A stretch of DNA of 36,941 nucleotides from a virus: IMG/VR virus record IMGVR_UViG_3300022670_000072, positions 1 to 36,941 of that record; one strand, written 5' to 3'. Every line of letters begins with the position of its first letter. Position 1 is the stretch's first letter. Positions 33,042 through 36,941 of this stretch are shown here, one piece after another. The notes beneath the pieces were generated by a model. That model was given only the letters and a program-made list of their open reading frames with translations. It had not been told where the DNA came from and did no database searches. A program made the translations under genes and the position numbers.

Positions 33042-33246
33042 TTGGAAACTCCTTTCTCATATCAACACCCCTAGCAACGCGCTTAGTTAGCTTGTAATCA
33101 GTCACGATACTAAAACCTAGATAACCGCATGCTTGACAACCTTGGTTAGTGCGATTGATACATGAGCAACTAACTCTAGCTGCGCTTGATTTAACATCAA
33201 ACCCTAACGCATCAATAAGCGCGTCTAATTTCTTTTCGATAGTCAT
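33028..33246 (-). CDS. Cys-rich hypothetical protein
   Basis: 72 aa with SCSC...GCQACG. AGGAG precedes the ATG. Confidence 0.5.
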   Translation of the reverse strand: MTIEKKLDALIDALGFDVKSSAARVSCSCINRTNQGCQACGYLGFSIVTDYKLTKRVARGVDMRKEFPNENI

Positions 33247-33257
33247 TTAACAATCTC

Positions 33258-33335
33258 CTAAACCGTTGGCATTGTCATAACGCACACCGCTATGATAACT
33301 AATGCGGCTATGCTGAATTTATTAAACTTGTTCAT
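33258..33335 (-). CDS. Hydrophobic micro-ORF (25 aa), speculative
   Basis: MNKFNKFSIAALVIIAVCVMTMPTV. The ATG lies inside the end of the upstream gene, and the stop lies inside the next gene's AGGAG site. Confidence 0.3.
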   Translation of the reverse strand: MNKFNKFSIAALVIIAVCVMTMPTV

Positions 33336-33546
33336 TATCTGCCTCTAAATAATCCGCTATCATTTCATCAATACCTACAGCCTCACAGTGTGAATCAAAC
33401 TCATCAACAACTAAAAAATCATCACCGAATTTATAATCATGGTGACCATTCTCTATAATAAGATGCTTAATCTTTGTTAAGGTGTCCGGTGTAGCCTCTT
33501 TAGTGTCCACATGAATGTAAAATTGTTCAATCTGATGTACAGTCAT
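33322..33546 (-). CDS. Strongly acidic small protein
   Basis: 74 aa with about 18 Asp/Glu against 4 Lys/Arg. Confidence 0.55.
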   Translation of the reverse strand: MTVHQIEQFYIHVDTKEATPDTLTKIKHLIIENGHHDYKFGDDFLVVDEFDSHCEAVGIDEMIADYLEADNEQV

Positions 33547-33685
33547 TGTTATTATCCTTGTTATGTTTCTGGTTTAATCGCCATTGTTTATTCTTACAAG
33601 TATTACCGCAATACTCTTTGCGCTCAGTACCCCAGAATTCTTTTTCGCATTCAGGCCAAGCGCATTGTTTTTTAGTTATTGCCAT
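33527..33685 (-). CDS. Zinc-finger protein (52 aa from ATG 33685)
   Basis: MAITKKQCAWPECEKEFWGTERKEYCGNTCKNKQWRLNQ... carries CxxxxC...CxxxC. The ORF track extends it to 33745, inside the upstream gene. Confidence 0.5.
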   Translation of the reverse strand: MAITKKQCAWPECEKEFWGTERKEYCGNTCKNKQWRLNQKHNKDNNNDCTSD

Positions 33686-33956
33686 TGCTACAACCCGTTG
33701 CTTTGCTAAATAAAGCCTTTTCACAATCATTAAAAGTCTTGGCATTCATAACCAAGCCTTTAGGTGTTTTAAATATCTGCCCGTCCTTTAAAACCTCTGT
33801 AAGCGTTTTTACTTCCTTGGTTGCTGTAAATGGGGTGAATGGTCGTGTAAATAATCTTTCCTTCCACGTGCGCTTTACGTTTGATGTTGTTAGCACTGGA
33901 TCGGATATCGTAACTGGTACGCCTTGGGTTGATAATGGTATATAGCTATTGAGCAT
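33672..33956 (-). CDS. Hypothetical protein (first gene of the reverse-strand island)
   Basis: 94-aa ORF. GGAG is upstream, and the candidate promoter lies 30-60 nt upstream. Confidence 0.55.
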   Translation of the reverse strand: MLNSYIPLSTQGVPVTISDPVLTTSNVKRTWKERLFTRPFTPFTATKEVKTLTEVLKDGQIFKTPKGLVMNAKTFNDCEKALFSKATGCSNGNN

Positions 33957-33986
33957 TTCTTTTATTCTCCATCTGATTAATTAACT

Positions 33987-34016
33987 ACAGTATGACTCAG
34001 TACCGTCACAAGTCAA
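33987..34016 (-). promoter_or_regulatory. Candidate sigma70-type promoter for the reverse-strand island
   Basis: The minus strand reads TTGACT (34016-34011), an 18-nt spacer, then TACTGT (33992-33987). Confidence 0.5.
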
Positions 34017-34022
34017 CACTAT

Positions 34023-34051
34023 TTGTTAATTAAATCGCAATGCTGTATAAT
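34023..34051 (+). promoter_or_regulatory. Near-consensus sigma70-type promoter facing the non-coding region
   Basis: TTGTTA (34023-34028), an exact 17-nt spacer, then a perfect TATAAT (34046-34051). Confidence 0.6.
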
Positions 34052-34057
34052 TGATTC

Positions 34058-34161
34058 TGTTGATTGGCGTGAGACCCTGAGCAGCAGATAAGGTTTAGTA
34101 TGCGTATTTGCGGTTATTAAGTTAATCCGGTCTCAACAGATACGCGCACTAAGCCTTTTTT
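34058..34161 (+). ncRNA. Candidate small RNA of about 100 nt (promoter, long imperfect hairpin, U-tract)
   Basis: 34090-34110 pairs with 34137-34157 over 21 positions (17 Watson-Crick, 3 G.U, 1 mismatch). TTTTTTGTT follows directly. There is no credible ORF inside. Confidence 0.5.
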
Positions 34162-34180
34162 GTTACCTAGAATCCCGCAT

Positions 34181-34210
34181 TAATCTGTATTAATCTGTAT
34201 TAGTCTGAGT
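34181..34210 (+). repeat. Three tandem 10-bp units
   Basis: The units are TTAATCTGTA, TTAATCTGTA and TTAGTCTGAG. The reverse complement AATACAGATTA occurs at 34311-34321. Confidence 0.85.
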
Positions 34211-34311
34211 AGCCCCGTGTGGAATGGGTGTTGTACCAGTCGCAATGGTTGAGTCATTAAACGCTAATAGAAGAGTTTATAATTTAGGTTCGAATCCTAA
34301 TGCTCAGACCA
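34205..34311 (+). ncRNA. Non-canonical tRNA-like element (107 nt) with a canonical T-arm and an encoded ACCA
   Basis: The T-arm is TTAGG-TTCGAAT-CCTAA (34284-34300), followed by TGCTCAG-A-CCA. The 5' CTGAGTA (34205-34211) pairs with TGCTCAG. A D-arm-like CCCG-TGTGGAA-TGGG lies at 34214-34228. The region between the D- and T-arms is 55 nt, which is too long for a normal tRNA. Confidence 0.5.
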
Positions 34312-34657
34312 ATACAGATTACCAACCAACCGATTTAATTCGGGCTTTCGTAACAAATCCGCATAACTAGCTAAGTTTTTAAAGTAGCAAATATCGAATA
34401 CTTAGTATTAATCGACTTTTAGACACGAGAATAAACAGCATTTTCTGCATGGTATATGGATTGGGCTTCCAACAAGGATTGTGAATAGCTAGCTGATACT
34501 GATTTAATACTACTTGATATAAACTAAGCACACTTACTCATCCATGCAGTAACGTGTCTAATGATACTTATTGCCTACATTTAACACCTATTATGAATTA
34601 ACCTTAAACAATGCTAAAATAAACAAAACGAATTCAACAACGCCTGAGTAATTATTA

Positions 34658-36724
34658 ATGCCTAAGATGACAGACCCAGAGCTAGTTGCTCTACTCTCTC
34701 AAGCTAAAGAACAAGCCGCTATCTTTAACGGTGAATTCATGCGTGAGAACACTAAGTTTTTATCTGCTTATTTAGGTGAGAAAACAGGCGAGTTTAGCGC
34801 TATACCAAATCAATCAAGCGTTGTGTCAACTGATATTGCTGATGTAATTGAGGCAGACATGCCTAGTCTCATGCGTATATTCTACGGCTCAGGCGATGTA
34901 GTAACATTTCAAGCGAACACTGAAAACCCAGTGGAAGTTCAAGAGGCGGAAGAAAAGACCAAGTATGTTAATTGGATTTTAAGGAATCAGCCTGAATCAT
35001 TTATGATGTGGCACTCTTGGCTGAAAGATGCTGAGATTCAAAAGAACGGTGTTGTTAAATACTTTGTTGATGAGCAGAAAGAAGTTGACGAAGTTAGATT
35101 TACAGGTGTTGACTTTGACGAGTTAAACACAATCGTTGAAAGCTTAAACGATCCAAACGTTATAAAAACAGAGATTACCGAGCAAGAAGAAACAAGCCCA
35201 GGCGTTTGGGATTTAAGTTTTAAAGTCACGCGCGAAACTAAAAAGATTTGTGTTCTTAATATACCTCCTGAATCCTTCTTGATATCACGTAACGCTAACA
35301 GTCTTGAAGATGCTGAATTAGTTGGTGATAGAGTTAGAAAGACTCGCGGTGAGTTGTTAGCGGAAGGCTTCAAGAGAGATTTAATCGATCAACTAACATC
35401 AGTTGAAGAAGAAGATAATCGGACATCAAATATAAAAGCAGTTCGTGATCGTGACCAAGGTGGCAACAACCCCAATGAGTCTATTAATGATTGGGCTAGT
35501 CAGTACGTAGAAATATCAGACCTGTATGTCAAGATTGATTTTGATGGTGATGGTATCGCAGAGCGCAGACACGTAATGATTTCAGGTAACAAGGTGTTGG
35601 TTAACGAATACTTTAACCATGTTCCGTATGCTTCATTATCAGCTATCTTGATGCCTCACAAAGCTATTGGCCGAAGTCGCGCAGAAGTAACGTATTCGAC
35701 ACAATTACAGAAAACAGCATTAGTGCGTGGCATGAATGATAACATTCGCATCTCACAAAGACCTCGTAATGTTGTTCATGGCGATGTTGATCTCGATGAC
35801 ATGTTAACCTATCGAGATAACGGTATTATTAGGTTGGATGATGAGTCCACTATATTACCCCAGCAAGCAGTGATGCCTTTGGTTATTCCATACACTGGCG
35901 ATAAAACCTTACAAGTTATTCAATATGTAGATGGAGCAAGGGCGCAAACAACCGGCACTAACATGGCTAATCAGAGCTTAGATGCTGACTCAATAGGCAA
36001 GGAGACAGCAACTAGATTTAATGGTATCGAGGCTAAAGGCGATGAGAAGATGGAGCTTATAGCCCGTAACTATGCCGAAACCGGAGTACGTAAGCTTTAT
36101 AGCGGTATTGCATGGCTAGCGTCAAGATTCCAAGATACACAGGCGGAATTCATGGTACTTGGCAAGCCTTTAACTGTTAACCCTACAAAATGGAAGTTTG
36201 AACATCAAATTCAAACCAATGTCGGCTTAGGTGCTGGCAATAATGAGAAGTCAATCGAAAGCTTACAAGGTTTGTATGCTATTCAACAGCAGTTAAAAGC
36301 AACACAATCACCGCTCGTTGATGATAAAGATATTTACAACACGTTAGCCCGTATCACTGACGGTTTAGGATTCCCACGCACTAACGAATTCTTTAATAAT
36401 CCTGAAGAGCCTGACGAGTTACTTCGCCATGAAAACGAGCAGTTAAATGCTATCGGCTTACAGCAGCAACAAGCTATTGAGCAGCTAACAGAGCAACTTA
36501 GGCAGTTAAGCGCACTATCAGAAGTTGAAGAGAAGAAAGTAGCAGGTAAGGCAGAGTCAGATAATAAGAAAGCAGCTTTAGAAATTGCCAAACTTTCAGA
36601 GAATCAGCGCCAATTCAATATTGATGCAACGCAAACAGCTAACAAACAGCAATCAGATGAGGCTTTAGCAGTGACTAAATTGGAATTAGATAACGAAACA
36701 GACTTACCAGGTGGATTAGCATGA
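34658..36724 (+). CDS. Portal protein
   Basis: 688 aa, the second-largest head-module gene. It lies upstream of scaffold and capsid. The long C-terminal Gln/Glu-rich coiled-coil tail (...QQQQAIEQLTEQLRQLSALSEVEEKK...) resembles the P22 portal barrel. Confidence 0.9.
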   Translation: MPKMTDPELVALLSQAKEQAAIFNGEFMRENTKFLSAYLGEKTGEFSAIPNQSSVVSTDIADVIEADMPSLMRIFYGSGDVVTFQANTENPVEVQEAEEKTKYVNWILRNQPESFMMWHSWLKDAEIQKNGVVKYFVDEQKEVDEVRFTGVDFDELNTIVESLNDPNVIKTEITEQEETSPGVWDLSFKVTRETKKICVLNIPPESFLISRNANSLEDAELVGDRVRKTRGELLAEGFKRDLIDQLTSVEEEDNRTSNIKAVRDRDQGGNNPNESINDWASQYVEISDLYVKIDFDGDGIAERRHVMISGNKVLVNEYFNHVPYASLSAILMPHKAIGRSRAEVTYSTQLQKTALVRGMNDNIRISQRPRNVVHGDVDLDDMLTYRDNGIIRLDDESTILPQQAVMPLVIPYTGDKTLQVIQYVDGARAQTTGTNMANQSLDADSIGKETATRFNGIEAKGDEKMELIARNYAETGVRKLYSGIAWLASRFQDTQAEFMVLGKPLTVNPTKWKFEHQIQTNVGLGAGNNEKSIESLQGLYAIQQQLKATQSPLVDDKDIYNTLARITDGLGFPRTNEFFNNPEEPDELLRHENEQLNAIGLQQQQAIEQLTEQLRQLSALSEVEEKKVAGKAESDNKKAALEIAKLSENQRQFNIDATQTANKQQSDEALAVTKLELDNETDLPGGLA

Positions 36725-36941
36725 AAAGCGAAACAGATTTAAGAAACGATGTTCAACGCGCTCAACGTGCAGATCAATTACTCAATGACCCAATGATTCA
36801 AGAGTTTATCATTGCTATGCGTGGTAAACTGTTAAACGAGTTTGAAAGCACTGGTCTTGATGATGACAAGGAAAGATCTAACGCTTGGCAGAAGTCACAA
36901 ATATTAAATAGCTTTTTAGAAGAGTTCACCAAGGCTATTAA
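36721..36941 (+). CDS. Small head-module protein, 5' part (continues at base 145 of the window in the circular genome)
   Basis: ATG 36721 overlaps the portal stop (ATGA). Translation begins MKSETDLRNDVQRAQRADQLLNDPMIQEFIIAMRGKLLNEF... and the frame stays open to the window end. Confidence 0.6.
   Translation, partial: MKSETDLRNDVQRAQRADQLLNDPMIQEFIIAMRGKLLNEFESTGLDDDKERSNAWQKSQILNSFLEEFTKAI

Noticed and set aside
33679-33945. 88-aa plus-strand ORF opposite the first gene of the reverse-strand island.
   Set aside because: It is antisense to a gene that has a promoter, a ribosome-binding site and operon context. It has no start signals of its own.
34100-34120. Micro-ORF ATGCGTATTTGCGGTTATTAA (MRICGY) inside the small-RNA hairpin.
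   Set aside because: It is only six codons, has no ribosome-binding site, and is buried in the 5' arm of the long helix.
34205-34311. Calling the element a standard tRNA gene and assigning an anticodon.
   Set aside because: It is 107 nt long, with 55 nt between the D- and T-arms. It lacks U8, A14 and U33 in register, and the competing anticodon-arm folds are not canonical. I report it only as tRNA-like.
34284-34311. Interpreting the tRNA 3'-end-like segment as a phage attP core.
   Set aside because: I found no integrase, excisionase or repressor anywhere in the genome. A relic of a former att site remains possible and is noted in the finding.

Overview
The window is one complete double-stranded DNA phage genome. 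It closes on itself: bases 1..144 are identical to 36798..36941, so the unique length is about 36,797 bp.

Gene content by module:
- Morphogenesis genes follow the P22 gene order. They run small terminase, large terminase, portal, small protein, scaffold, major capsid, adaptor, gp10-like tail hub, fibre, GNAT-like protein, three large ejection/internal proteins, then tailspike.
- Replication is lambda-like. An O-like initiator carries in-gene origin iterons and is followed by a P-like helicase loader.
- Recombination functions are Erf, a YqaJ exonuclease, RdgC and NinG/Rap.
- The lysis cassette has an M15 endolysin plus membrane proteins.
- I found no integrase, CI-type repressor, polymerase or partition gene. 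The phage therefore looks lytic or non-integrating. RdgC, lambda O/P and NinG suggest a gammaproteobacterial host, which is inference only.

Transcription units switch strand at 14.1, 18.6, 22.2, 23.6, 32.7 and 34.0 kb. Hairpin terminators or back-to-back promoter candidates sit at these junctions.

The most unusual part is 32.7-34.66 kb. The normally adjacent large terminase and portal genes are split by two insertions. One is a reverse-strand island of seven tiny genes, several of them Cys-rich. The other is about 700 bp of non-coding DNA containing three things:
- A near-consensus promoter followed by a long hairpin and T-tract, which is a candidate small RNA.
- Three tandem 10-bp repeats.
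- A non-canonical 107-nt tRNA-like element with a perfect T-arm and an encoded ACCA end, buried in a 21-bp extended helix.

Other notable points:
- A 25-nt element is repeated just before the scaffold and small terminase start codons.
- An intragenic 61-aa duplication keeps its amino acids while almost every codon differs.
- A C-terminal S74-type self-cleaving chaperone domain sits on a Gln/Gly/Ala-rich protein in the ejection-protein position.
- An intact AP2/HNH-family gene has a frameshifted deletion relic elsewhere in the genome.
- Many plausible genes are shorter than the 60-aa ORF-track cutoff.

All protein family calls come from reading the translations by eye. No searches were run.
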